Part shown: positions 7,376 to 16,770 of the stretch, piece by piece
Layout of the letters: the number at the start of each line of letters is the position of its first letter
Position numbering within the stretch: the stretch's first letter is position 1
Assembly: GCA_043822305.1 (NCBI GenBank)
Contig: JBDRBU010000074.1
Location: 1-32,135 of the forward strand
From: Candidatus Firestoneibacteriota bacterium
GTDB taxonomy: Bacteria > Oederibacteriota > D2-FULL-39-29 > JBDRBU01
DNA length: 32,135 nucleotides
Direction: 5' to 3'
The notes under the pieces: generated by a model
What the model was told of the DNA's origin: nothing
The model's database searches: none
What the model saw: the letters and a program-made list of their open reading frames with translations, nothing else
Made by a program: the position numbers and the translations under genes

Positions 7376-7395
7376 ACAATTCTTTGTTAAATTTG

Positions 7396-7424
7396 TTGAT
7401 AGAAATAAACTTTTATGATATAAT
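7396..7424 (+). promoter_or_regulatory. Sigma70-type promoter with extended -10 for the tamB-bamA run
   Basis: TTGATA (7396-7401), 17 bp, TGA-TATAAT (-10 at 7419-7424); ATG at 7436. Confidence 0.75.
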
Positions 7425-7435
7425 AATCAGTAGAT

Positions 7436-10400
7436 ATGAAGAAAAAACCAAGGAAAATATTGATTGTGTTGGTTTCTGTGTTTTTGATATTATTCTTAAG
7501 TATATTCATTCTTGCCAAAACAGGTGTTTTAGTAAAAAGTTTTAAAAATATTATCCAGTCTGAACTTTCTAAAGCATTAAACAGGGAAGTTACCATAGAA
7601 AGTATAGAAGGTGGTATATTTAATAATATTACATTAAATAAGGTAAGGATTGCTTCAAAAAAAGAGTTAAAAGATGGCACTATAATAGTAATTGAAAAAT
7701 TAACAATAAACTACTCATTAAAAGATATTATTTTTAATAAAAAAAGTATTATTGAGAGTATAAAAAGTATTCAAATAAAGAAGCCATTTATAAATATAGA
7801 AGACACGTCATCTGATTCATGGAATATTTTAGAATTTATAGAGAGTTTAAAATCCGAGAAACAAACTGCTTTTCCATTTAAATGTAAAATAAATGTTTAT
7901 AGTGGGTTAATTGGGTTTAAAGATAATAAAAAGAAGTTTAGTTCATCAATTAAACATATCTATGGGAATATTGATTTTGCAGAAAATAGTAAGATGTTGT
8001 TAGATTTTAAATGTAAGAGTTTTGGAAGTAAAAGATTTAATTTGTATGTGAAAGGAAATGCGGGATTAGAAGATAACAAATATTATATTGAAGTAAAGGG
8101 ATCTAATGTTAACATTCCACACTATGCTAACTATATAAATCCCGCACTTTCTGGTGCGTGGGTAAATTTTGTCTCTGGAGAGGCGGATTTTTCTTTAAAA
8201 TTTAAAGATGATATTTCCGGAGAAGCATCTATTAAAAATACCAGTATCAGTCTAAAAAATATAAATGAAAATATTAACAATATTAGTGGTGAGTTGAAAT
8301 TAAAAGATAATGCATTGTTTTTAAGTAAATTTGTAGGATTTTTAAAAAGTTGTTCCTTGTCGGGCCATGGGTTTATGTCTGATTTTAAAGAACCATCTAT
8401 CAATTTAAATCTGTATGTGAATCATATTAACCTGGAAGATTTAGTGAGTCTGGGTTTAATTAAAAATTTAAAGTTAAAAGGATCTGGATTTGCTAATTTT
8501 GTCATAAAAGGTAAATTACCTGATATGACTATCTTATCTAATAGTAATTTTAATAATCTTAAAATTTCTGAAGTGAATATAGATAAAGTTGATAATATTT
8601 TAAAATACGAAAATAATGTAATAAAAATATTAAGATGTAAAGCAAATGCTTTTGAAGGGGTAAATAATTTAGCAGGAACTATAAATCTTAAAGAAAAAAC
8701 TATGAATATAAAAGGAGAATCTACTGATATTAATATAAATAAAGTTTTTTCAATTTTTAAATTTTACGACCTAACGGGTAAGGCAAGTCTTACTCATCAG
8801 ATTTCCGGTGGTTTAGATAATTTTATTATAAATTCAAAGATAAAACTTAAAGAGTTATTTGTAAAAAAAGGAGAAATTGGTGAATTACAGGGTAATTTAA
8901 GTTTTTTTGATAAAAATAAATTAAAAGTAGATTTATATGGCCAGAACAAATTAGATGCAAAAGGTATGTTTGCTTTCTTTAAAGATAAAACAGAAGTTGA
9001 AGGTAAGATTAAAATCAAAAGTTTAAATTTTAAAGATATTTTTAGTTGTTTTGTTGAGAATAGTTTTCACATATGTGGAGAAACTAATGGTTCATTAGAA
9101 ATAAAAGGCGAACTTAACCAGATTAACCTTCTGGGCGAACTAAATATTAAATCATTTAATTTTGAAAATTATACCGCCAGATTAGCCAAAGCAAATTTTA
9201 CCATAAATGACAATACTCTGAATATAAAAAGTCTAGAGTTTAATCAGGATAATCAAGGAATAGTAAAAGCAGAAGGAACCATGGAATTAATTGGAGATAT
9301 CCCATTAAATATTACGGTTAAGAGTAATGATATAGAAATATCTAAACTTCCGGTTGTTTATGAATTGTACAATAATATAAAAGGAAGAAGTAGCATTTCA
9401 GGGCAAATCCTTGGAAGTATTAATTCTCCAAAATTTGTAGTTAGTCTAAACTCATCTGATTTGATAATAAACCCCGCACCCTCTGGTGGTGCGTGGGTAA
9501 ACAATCAAATCGATGCAAAGTTTGATACTAATTTTACTTATGAAAACAATGCCTTGAAAATTGAAAATTTGGTATTAGATGATGAATATAATTTCTCTGG
9601 AGAAATTATATTTCTACCGAAAAAATATATAAATGGAGAGTTGTTAATAAGGAAGGGTAAACTCGCTACATTGTTAAGTTTATTTAAATTAAAATTTAAA
9701 TTAGACGAAGTTAAAGGCGATGTTTTTGGCAATTTTAGCCTGAAGGGCGAGTTTAACAGGTTGAACGGTAATGGTTCTTTAAATTTAAAAAATGCAATTG
9801 TTTTTAACACAGGGATAGAGTTATTTACAATTAATTTTTTGGTTAAAGAAAGTGATTTTCAAATTAGTAAACTTGAAATAATTCAAAATGATGATAATAA
9901 ATTGTTTGGTCGTGGAATGGTTTCCTTAAAAGAAAACGCTGGTTCTAATCTTAATATTAAAATGCAAAACAAAATACAAGATATTATTATAGAAGGTGAG
10001 CATCAACTAACAGGAGTTTTAAATACAAAAGATGATACGATAAAAAGTAAAGTTAAATCCATAAATTTGTTTTTAAACCAAAAAAAAACAGATAATATTA
10101 GTTTTAATATGTTTTATAACAAGAAGGACAAAAAATTATCGTTTGATACTATTAGATGGAATAAAATGTTAGGAAATGTAGGTTTTGATTTTAATAAGAA
10201 AAGTATCTCTTCTTTAATGAGTTTTGACGGCTTTGATATTGAAAAACTTTCTTGCATTCAAAAAAGCACTCAACCAATCAAGTTAAAGGGAATGGTTTTT
10301 GGTGATATGCAAATCATAAAAGAGAATGATATTCTTAATGTAAAAAACGCCTTAAAGATTCTTAATTTTCAATATAATGATTTTAAATGTAAAAGTATTA

Positions 10401-13006
10401 CGACAAAAGTTGCTTTTCAAAACGAGATTAATAAGTATATATTTAATATAATCGAATGCACATTAAGTCAGGAAGAAGGGAATATAAAAATAATAGGTGA
10501 GGTAAATTTTAAAGATAAAATCTCTTTAGAAACATCCGATAGCGATGTTAATATTTCTTTTTCAAATGCAAACCTTAATGAAATAATAAAAATAATTGGA
10601 TTAAAATCGGATTTAAATGGTAGAGTTTTTGATTTATCTCCAGTAAATATAAAAGGTAAGATATCAACTCCATCTATCTCTGGAGAAGTAAAGTTGCAAA
10701 ATGTTAAATTAAATGATTTATTGCTGGGAGATTTGAAAGGGGAGTTTAATTATAAAGAAAATCAAATAGATTTTTCAAACAAGCCAACCCACGAGTTAAC
10801 TTTTACAGACCTTTTTAATAATGAAATAATTTTTAACAAGGCAGTTTTTCGCATTTCAAAAAATGCAATAGAACCAGACATTTCCTGTAAGGCAGTCTTT
10901 AAAAATATTTTAGGTTTAAGAGCAAATGCTACTGTTGATTATAAAGGAAGAATTGTGTATGGTCATGATTATTATATAGATGGTGGAGTATCCTTAAAAG
11001 AACTTAAAATGAATGAGTATAGGATTGGTGATGGTAGTATGAAATTTTTTGTAACATACAAAAAGGATGAAATAAAATTTGATGAAAATACTACAACTTC
11101 ATCTTCTTCTGTTGATGGCAAGATAATTTTTAGCCAGGATTCTTTAAAATTTGATAAATTCAAATTAACAGTTTTGAAAAGAGGAAGTTTGTCATTAGAT
11201 GGTATTTTATCTTCCAATAGTGCTTTAAGTATAGGCATAAAAGATATGGATATACAGTTTGTTTTAAGGTATTTTAACCTAGATTTTAATATGATGGGTA
11301 AGATTGGTAATTATGAGGCAGTATTAACAGGTGATTCAAAATCTCCAGTAGTTGAAAGTAGTAGTGGACATCTTACAGATGTAGATGTTTTTAATTTGTC
11401 TTTTGATGTTGTTACTGGGGATCTTAGTTATGTAAATAATAAATTAAAGTTTGAGAATGTAAGTGGAGTTAATAAAGAAAAAGATGCAGAAAAATATAGA
11501 GTTTCTTTAAATGGATTTATCCCGATAAATGCGCAGGAAGAAATCGATTTACATGTTGATATAAAAAATACAGATTTAAAACCAATAATGATAACAAAAT
11601 GGTTTAATAAGGTTGAAGGGAGGATGAATGCTCGTTTTGATATTGGTGGGACATTGTCTTATCCAGAGATATTATGGGATCCGAAGAAGAATTACGAAAG
11701 TTATATAATTATAGAAGATGGCTCTACTCTATATCCAGTAGGTCTTGTCAAGGAGATTAATAATGTAAAAGCAAGATTTGATATAGGTAAAATCGAAAAA
11801 CCGGGAGAAAAAGTTGAATATAAACCAAACTTCGTTAATGTGGTTTATTGTCGTGGGACAATTGATGGTAGCTATATAGAAGCCCAAGGTTCATTTACAT
11901 TAAAAAAATTTTTTCCTGATAAAATAGATATTAAAATAAAGACACCTGCCACTACTAATAAAAAAGGTGTTAAATTTTTTATAGAATCCATGATGAATAA
12001 AGAAGGTTTAATGTTTGTGAAAGGATTTAAAGATGATGAATATTTTTATATAGATGGGACTGTCCCAAATATTAAATTAAATGGAGAGGTTTATATTTAT
12101 AATGCAAATTTTACATATCCTCCAGTCTATAAAAATGAGGACAATGCAGGAGCAAAAATATTAAAAGAGATGATTTGGAATTTATTAGTGGTAATTAAAG
12201 AAGATGTGTGGTATTATAATAATTATTGTAAGGTTAAATTAAAAGAAGAAGGGTGGTTAAAGTTTAATGATATTGGGTCAGATTTAACTTTAAGAGGAAA
12301 TATAGATGTTGATAGGGGGACTTTTAAATATTACCGTGGCCAGTTTGAAGTTAAAAAAGGTATTATTAAATTTCAGGGAACCGAAAAGAGAAAACCGGTA
12401 GTTAATGCTATTGCCGAAACAAGAATTCAAAGTTATAAAATAACCATGACCATTGCCGGTGAGGGCGGAGAATTTGGGGATTTAGATAATCTTAAACTTA
12501 AATTTACTTCTGAGCCAGAACTAAGTGAAAGGGAAATAGTAAATATGCTTGCAGGTTCTAGGACAGAGATAACTTCTCAAATGCTTCAATCAGAATTGAA
12601 TAAAACATTATTTAGGTGGGTCGCTTCAACATTGGTTAATGTAGTAGATGTAAAAGAATTAGTAGGAGGTATCTTTGATTTTGGACTTGAGTGGAGAGAT
12701 GAACCTGGATTAACGACATCAGGTCCTTCTGATACAGGAATTTATCCAGCAGAATCTAATATATTACAAGGAATGGAAATAAAACTATCAAAATATTTAA
12801 ATGATAATATCCTGCTTGGATATAGTTGTATTTATAAAGGTGTTAGTGATCGAGGAACGAATGCAAGTGGATGGGAGAATGAGTTTAATTTACAGTTTAA
12901 ACTTAAAGAACATCAAAAATTTATAATACGATTGAATGATAAAGAACTTTTTGGGGGTATAGAAAGTACAGTTCCATTTGAAAGTGAAAGGAGGAATAAC
13001 AAATGA
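7436..13006 (+). CDS. tamB: TamB/AsmA-like large periplasmic protein
   Basis: 1856 aa; N-terminal basic residues and signal anchor, repeated beta-rich segments, C-terminal DUF490-like region (GIIKFQG..PVVNAIAET..LKFTSEPELSEREIVNML); overlaps the start of an Omp85 gene. Confidence 0.85.
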   Translation: MKKKPRKILIVLVSVFLILFLSIFILAKTGVLVKSFKNIIQSELSKALNREVTIESIEGGIFNNITLNKVRIASKKELKDGTIIVIEKLTINYSLKDIIFNKKSIIESIKSIQIKKPFINIEDTSSDSWNILEFIESLKSEKQTAFPFKCKINVYSGLIGFKDNKKKFSSSIKHIYGNIDFAENSKMLLDFKCKSFGSKRFNLYVKGNAGLEDNKYYIEVKGSNVNIPHYANYINPALSGAWVNFVSGEADFSLKFKDDISGEASIKNTSISLKNINENINNISGELKLKDNALFLSKFVGFLKSCSLSGHGFMSDFKEPSINLNLYVNHINLEDLVSLGLIKNLKLKGSGFANFVIKGKLPDMTILSNSNFNNLKISEVNIDKVDNILKYENNVIKILRCKANAFEGVNNLAGTINLKEKTMNIKGESTDININKVFSIFKFYDLTGKASLTHQISGGLDNFIINSKIKLKELFVKKGEIGELQGNLSFFDKNKLKVDLYGQNKLDAKGMFAFFKDKTEVEGKIKIKSLNFKDIFSCFVENSFHICGETNGSLEIKGELNQINLLGELNIKSFNFENYTARLAKANFTINDNTLNIKSLEFNQDNQGIVKAEGTMELIGDIPLNITVKSNDIEISKLPVVYELYNNIKGRSSISGQILGSINSPKFVVSLNSSDLIINPAPSGGAWVNNQIDAKFDTNFTYENNALKIENLVLDDEYNFSGEIIFLPKKYINGELLIRKGKLATLLSLFKLKFKLDEVKGDVFGNFSLKGEFNRLNGNGSLNLKNAIVFNTGIELFTINFLVKESDFQISKLEIIQNDDNKLFGRGMVSLKENAGSNLNIKMQNKIQDIIIEGEHQLTGVLNTKDDTIKSKVKSINLFLNQKKTDNISFNMFYNKKDKKLSFDTIRWNKMLGNVGFDFNKKSISSLMSFDGFDIEKLSCIQKSTQPIKLKGMVFGDMQIIKENDILNVKNALKILNFQYNDFKCKSITTKVAFQNEINKYIFNIIECTLSQEEGNIKIIGEVNFKDKISLETSDSDVNISFSNANLNEIIKIIGLKSDLNGRVFDLSPVNIKGKISTPSISGEVKLQNVKLNDLLLGDLKGEFNYKENQIDFSNKPTHELTFTDLFNNEIIFNKAVFRISKNAIEPDISCKAVFKNILGLRANATVDYKGRIVYGHDYYIDGGVSLKELKMNEYRIGDGSMKFFVTYKKDEIKFDENTTTSSSSVDGKIIFSQDSLKFDKFKLTVLKRGSLSLDGILSSNSALSIGIKDMDIQFVLRYFNLDFNMMGKIGNYEAVLTGDSKSPVVESSSGHLTDVDVFNLSFDVVTGDLSYVNNKLKFENVSGVNKEKDAEKYRVSLNGFIPINAQEEIDLHVDIKNTDLKPIMITKWFNKVEGRMNARFDIGGTLSYPEILWDPKKNYESYIIIEDGSTLYPVGLVKEINNVKARFDIGKIEKPGEKVEYKPNFVNVVYCRGTIDGSYIEAQGSFTLKKFFPDKIDIKIKTPATTNKKGVKFFIESMMNKEGLMFVKGFKDDEYFYIDGTVPNIKLNGEVYIYNANFTYPPVYKNEDNAGAKILKEMIWNLLVVIKEDVWYYNNYCKVKLKEEGWLKFNDIGSDLTLRGNIDVDRGTFKYYRGQFEVKKGIIKFQGTEKRKPVVNAIAETRIQSYKITMTIAGEGGEFGDLDNLKLKFTSEPELSEREIVNMLAGSRTEITSQMLQSELNKTLFRWVASTLVNVVDVKELVGGIFDFGLEWRDEPGLTTSGPSDTGIYPAESNILQGMEIKLSKYLNDNILLGYSCIYKGVSDRGTNASGWENEFNLQFKLKEHQKFIIRLNDKELFGGIESTVPFESERRNNK
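8136..8167. repeat. Short palindromic element inserted in frame in tamB (copy 1)
   Basis: TAAAT-CCCGCACTTTCTGGTGCGTGGG-TAAAT; 22-bp core plus 5-bp duplication = 27 bp; read as NPALSGAWVN. Confidence 0.75.
9468..9502. repeat. Short palindromic element inserted in frame in tamB (copy 2)
   Basis: TAAAC-CCCGCACCCTCTGGTGGTGCGTGGG-TAAAC; 25-bp core plus 5-bp duplication = 30 bp; read as NPAPSGGAWVN. Confidence 0.75.
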
Positions 13007-15288
13007 AGCATAGTGCTTGGTTCTTAGTCTTTATTATTATTATTTCTAATTCTTGGGGAGAAGAACTAACAAGTGGAATCCCGGGTATAGGTACTATTAA
13101 AAAAATAACTATAGAAGGAATTAAAAATGTAAAAGAAGGAATAGTCTTAGATAAAATGGACTTAAAAGTTGGAAGTATATTTTCAAAAGAGAAGGTAAAA
13201 TTAGATATTAATAATATTTATTCGTTAGAATTATTCTCTGATATTGAGATTTACGAAGAAGAGGCCATAGATGGGATAGAATTAAAAGTAAAAGTAAAAG
13301 AACGGTCCCTTATAAAAGATATCAAATATGTGGGCAATAAAGAATGCAGTGTTAATGATATAGAATCTGAAACAAATTTTAAAAAAGATATTCCTTATAG
13401 TCAAATAAAGTTAAAAAGAGCCATAGAAAAAATTATCCCATTTTATAAAGAAAAAGGTTTTTACCTTGTAAGTGTAACATATGAAATCAATGAAGGCCGG
13501 GATAATACTGTGGATATAATTTTTAATATAAAAGAAGGCCGGAGAATGTATGTTGATAAAATAGCAATAAACGGGACAAAGGCTTTTACAGATAAAGTAA
13601 TAAAATCTAAAATGGAAACATCTGAAGTAGGTTTTTTAATCTCCGGTACTTTTAAAGAAAACATTTTTGAAAACGATCTTAAAAAAATAATAAATTTTTA
13701 TAATTCCGAGGGCTTTATTAACGCCAAGGTTTCTTCATTTGAGATTAAATACGACGAGGGAAAAGAAAAGATATTTGTAAATATTAACATAGTAGAAGAA
13801 GAGCAATTTAAGGTTGGTGAAATAAAAGCAAATATAAATAAAACTTTTACTAATGAAGAAGAAAAGAAAAAAGAAGAATTGGAGATAAGAAATATAATTA
13901 CCTTAAAAGAAGGAGATATCTTTAATGAAGAAGTTTATAAAATGGATACAGAAAAGATAAAATATAAGTATTCTGAAAAAGGATATATTGGCATATCTAT
14001 TTCTGAAGATAAAAATATTGATAAAGAGAAAAAAACCATCTCTTTGTGTCTGCAAATTAATGAAGGTAAAGTATTTCATATAAATAAAATTAGAGTAGAT
14101 GGGAATTATAAGACAAAAGATTATGTAATAAAAAGAGAACTTTTAATGAAAGAAGGAGAACCGTTTGATGGTGTTAAGATAAGAAGGAGTAGTGAAAGAA
14201 TTTATAATCTGGGATTTTTTGATGATGTTAATATAAACCTTTTACCGGGGAAAGATATTGATGAAAGTAGAGATTTAATATTTGTTGTAAAAGAAAGAGC
14301 AACAGGCCAACTTAATCTGGGCGCAGGTTACAGTACACTTGATGGATTGACTGGCTTCTTACAGGTATCTGAAAATAATCTTTTTGGTGAAGGTAAAAGA
14401 ATTACGGCCAAATGGGAGTTTGGAGCAACAAAACGGAATTATGAATTATCATTTTTAGAGCCATATTTTCTGGGTGAGCCGGTATCATTAGGAGTATCTA
14501 TATATAAACTTTTAAGAGCTTATTATACTGATTATAAGGATGAAAGGACAGGCGGAAATGTTAGGATTGGAATACCTGCTGGCGAGAATACTAAATTCTG
14601 GTTTACTTATAAATATGAAGAAGTTAATATATTTAATGTTATAGCTACTGCTTCACCTACAATAAAAAGTGTAGAAGGCAAAAATACTACAAGTAGTTTA
14701 ACGACACAATGGATTGAAGATACAAGGGATAGTATATTTTTTAATACAAAAAGTGGCTATAGATACAGTGCGTCATTTGAATATGCAGGTGGAATTCTAC
14801 TTGGTAATAATAGCTTCACTAAATATATAGTAGATGGTAGTTGGTATTTTAAAACCTTTTGGGAATTTGTTTTAGCCATTCATATAGGAGCAGGGTATGC
14901 TACTGGTTTTGGCAGTACTCCCTTAGTTCCATTTTATGAAAAATTTTTTATAGGTGGAACAGATACTGTCCGAGGTTATAATGAAAGAGTATTATCTCCA
15001 CAGGACAATGGTGTGGCCGTGGGTGGTGATTTTATGGCTTATTCTAATCTAGAGTATAGATTTCCTATATATGGACCTTTTATGGGAACATTATTTTTTG
15101 ATCTGGGTAGAGCCTGGAATACTCCGTTAGAAGCAAAAATAGATAATATTCCTACAAGTCTTGGAGCTGGACTAAGAATTATGTTGGGAGGAGCACTTTT
15201 AATAAGGCTTGATTATGGATATGGATTTGATAAAAGTTTATATACACCAGGAGGTCAGATACACTTTAATATAGGAAATATATTTTAA
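13003..15288 (+). CDS. bamA: Outer membrane protein assembly factor (Omp85 family)
   Basis: Signal peptide, five POTRA-like repeats, GQLNLGAGYS barrel start, ENNLFGEG, GGTDTVRGY loop-6 motif, C-terminal HFNIGNIF. Confidence 0.93.
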   Translation: MKHSAWFLVFIIIISNSWGEELTSGIPGIGTIKKITIEGIKNVKEGIVLDKMDLKVGSIFSKEKVKLDINNIYSLELFSDIEIYEEEAIDGIELKVKVKERSLIKDIKYVGNKECSVNDIESETNFKKDIPYSQIKLKRAIEKIIPFYKEKGFYLVSVTYEINEGRDNTVDIIFNIKEGRRMYVDKIAINGTKAFTDKVIKSKMETSEVGFLISGTFKENIFENDLKKIINFYNSEGFINAKVSSFEIKYDEGKEKIFVNINIVEEEQFKVGEIKANINKTFTNEEEKKKEELEIRNIITLKEGDIFNEEVYKMDTEKIKYKYSEKGYIGISISEDKNIDKEKKTISLCLQINEGKVFHINKIRVDGNYKTKDYVIKRELLMKEGEPFDGVKIRRSSERIYNLGFFDDVNINLLPGKDIDESRDLIFVVKERATGQLNLGAGYSTLDGLTGFLQVSENNLFGEGKRITAKWEFGATKRNYELSFLEPYFLGEPVSLGVSIYKLLRAYYTDYKDERTGGNVRIGIPAGENTKFWFTYKYEEVNIFNVIATASPTIKSVEGKNTTSSLTTQWIEDTRDSIFFNTKSGYRYSASFEYAGGILLGNNSFTKYIVDGSWYFKTFWEFVLAIHIGAGYATGFGSTPLVPFYEKFFIGGTDTVRGYNERVLSPQDNGVAVGGDFMAYSNLEYRFPIYGPFMGTLFFDLGRAWNTPLEAKIDNIPTSLGAGLRIMLGGALLIRLDYGYGFDKSLYTPGGQIHFNIGNIF

Positions 15289-15292
15289 AATA

Positions 15293-15314
15293 ATAGTTGC
15301 TCAATTTATTGAGC
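15293..15314 (+). repeat. REP-like palindrome (family A) just after the bamA stop
   Basis: ATAGTTGCTCAATTTATTGAGC; 18/22 identical to the copy at 5538-5517 with a compensatory stem change. Confidence 0.65.
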
Positions 15315-15356
15315 GAATTATATTTTTAAATTAAAAGAAAGGGGGTATTTTTATTT

Positions 15357-15821
15357 ATGAAGATAACAGATTTTTTAACGAAGGATTGCATTAAGATAAA
15401 TTTGCAATCAAAGGGGAAAAAAGAAGTTTTGGAAGAGTTAGTCGATATGTTAGTCTCTAGCGGGAAGATTAAGGATAAGAAAGAAGTAATGCAGGTTTTA
15501 TTGGAAAGAGAAGAATTAGGAAGCACCGGTATTGGTCAAGGTGTGGCTATCCCTCATGGGAAAACTGAATCTATAGATTCTTTAGTCTCAGCTTTTGGTC
15601 TATCAAAAGAAGGTGTTCAATTTGATACATTAGATGGAGATCCAGTATCAATATTCTTTTTGCTTTTAGCACCATCTAATGCAAGTGGTATACATTTAAA
15701 GTTACTGGCAAAGATTTCTGGATTACTTAAAGATAAGTATTTTAGAAAAGCGTTAATAAATTGTCAAACACAAGATGAGATTTTAAATGTAATAACAGAA
15801 GAGGAGAAATTAAGAATTTGA
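15357..15821 (+). CDS. PTS EIIA, fructose/mannitol/nitrogen-regulatory (PtsN-like) type
   Basis: LLEREELGSTGIGQGVAIPHG with phosphoacceptor His; DGDPVSIFFLL; HLKLLAKIS. Confidence 0.92.
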   Translation: MKITDFLTKDCIKINLQSKGKKEVLEELVDMLVSSGKIKDKKEVMQVLLEREELGSTGIGQGVAIPHGKTESIDSLVSAFGLSKEGVQFDTLDGDPVSIFFLLLAPSNASGIHLKLLAKISGLLKDKYFRKALINCQTQDEILNVITEEEKLRI

Positions 15822-15825
15822 TGTT

Positions 15826-16770
15826 ATGAGTTTAACCATAGAACAACTTTTAAATGAAAAAAAACAAGATTGGGCCTTGAAACTTATTGCAGGTAAAAAA
15901 GGCGTAAAGAACAAATTAGTAGTTTCGGATGTAAATAGATGCGGTCTGGCTTTAACCGGGTATTTTGATTATTTTCCAAAAGAAAGAATTCAAATAATTG
16001 GTAAAACAGAAATAAGTTATTTGAAAAAACTAAAGAAAAAGAAAAGTATTGAAATATTAAAAAAATTCTTTAAATATGAGATGCCAGTATTAGTTATTTG
16101 TGGAAATATTTCCCTCCCAAAAGAAATTATCTATTATGGAAATATTAAAGGAATTCCCATAATTAAGACATCAACGCCAACGACCAAATTTATAAGTAAA
16201 GTTACAAATTTTTTAGAAGAAAAATTAGCTTCGAAAATTACTATGCATGGAGTACTAATGGATATATACGGAATTGGAGTTTTAATTCTCGGGAAAAGCG
16301 GGATAGGGAAAAGTGAATGTGCTCTGGAACTTATTAAAAGAGGACACAGGTTAGTTGCTGATGATGTCGTACAGATTGTTAAGGCAAGTGGGGACAGATT
16401 GGTTGGCTTCCCGAAAGAATTTCTTAGATTTTTTCTTGAAGTTAGAGGTCTGGGAATAGTTAATATTAAAGATTTATTTGGTGTTGGAGCAACTCGAGAT
16501 AGAAAAAGGGTTGAGATGGTAATGTTCTTAGAAGAATGGAATGAAAGAAAATACTACGAGAGAATAGGCTTTAAAGATAAGTTTGTAAATATTGTAGGCG
16601 TTAAGATACCCAAAATAATGATACCTGTCCGACCAGGTAGAAATATTACCGTAATAATAGAAGTAGCGGCCATGCAAGAAAGATTAAAGAAAATGGGATA
16701 TTACTCTATATCAGAGTTTGAAAATAAGGTTAAAAAAGAGATGGAGAAGGATAAACTTGAAAGAAAATAA
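15826..16770 (+). CDS. hprK: HPr kinase/phosphorylase
   Basis: HGVLMDIYGIGVLILGKSGIGKSECALELIKRGHRLVADD, LEVRGLGI, PVRPGRN. Confidence 0.96.
   Translation: MSLTIEQLLNEKKQDWALKLIAGKKGVKNKLVVSDVNRCGLALTGYFDYFPKERIQIIGKTEISYLKKLKKKKSIEILKKFFKYEMPVLVICGNISLPKEIIYYGNIKGIPIIKTSTPTTKFISKVTNFLEEKLASKITMHGVLMDIYGIGVLILGKSGIGKSECALELIKRGHRLVADDVVQIVKASGDRLVGFPKEFLRFFLEVRGLGIVNIKDLFGVGATRDRKRVEMVMFLEEWNERKYYERIGFKDKFVNIVGVKIPKIMIPVRPGRNITVIIEVAAMQERLKKMGYYSISEFENKVKKEMEKDKLERK

Noticed and set aside
13003..15288. Calling the Omp85 gene tamA because it follows tamB
   Set aside because: 761 aa with five POTRA-like repeats fits BamA; TamA typically has three.
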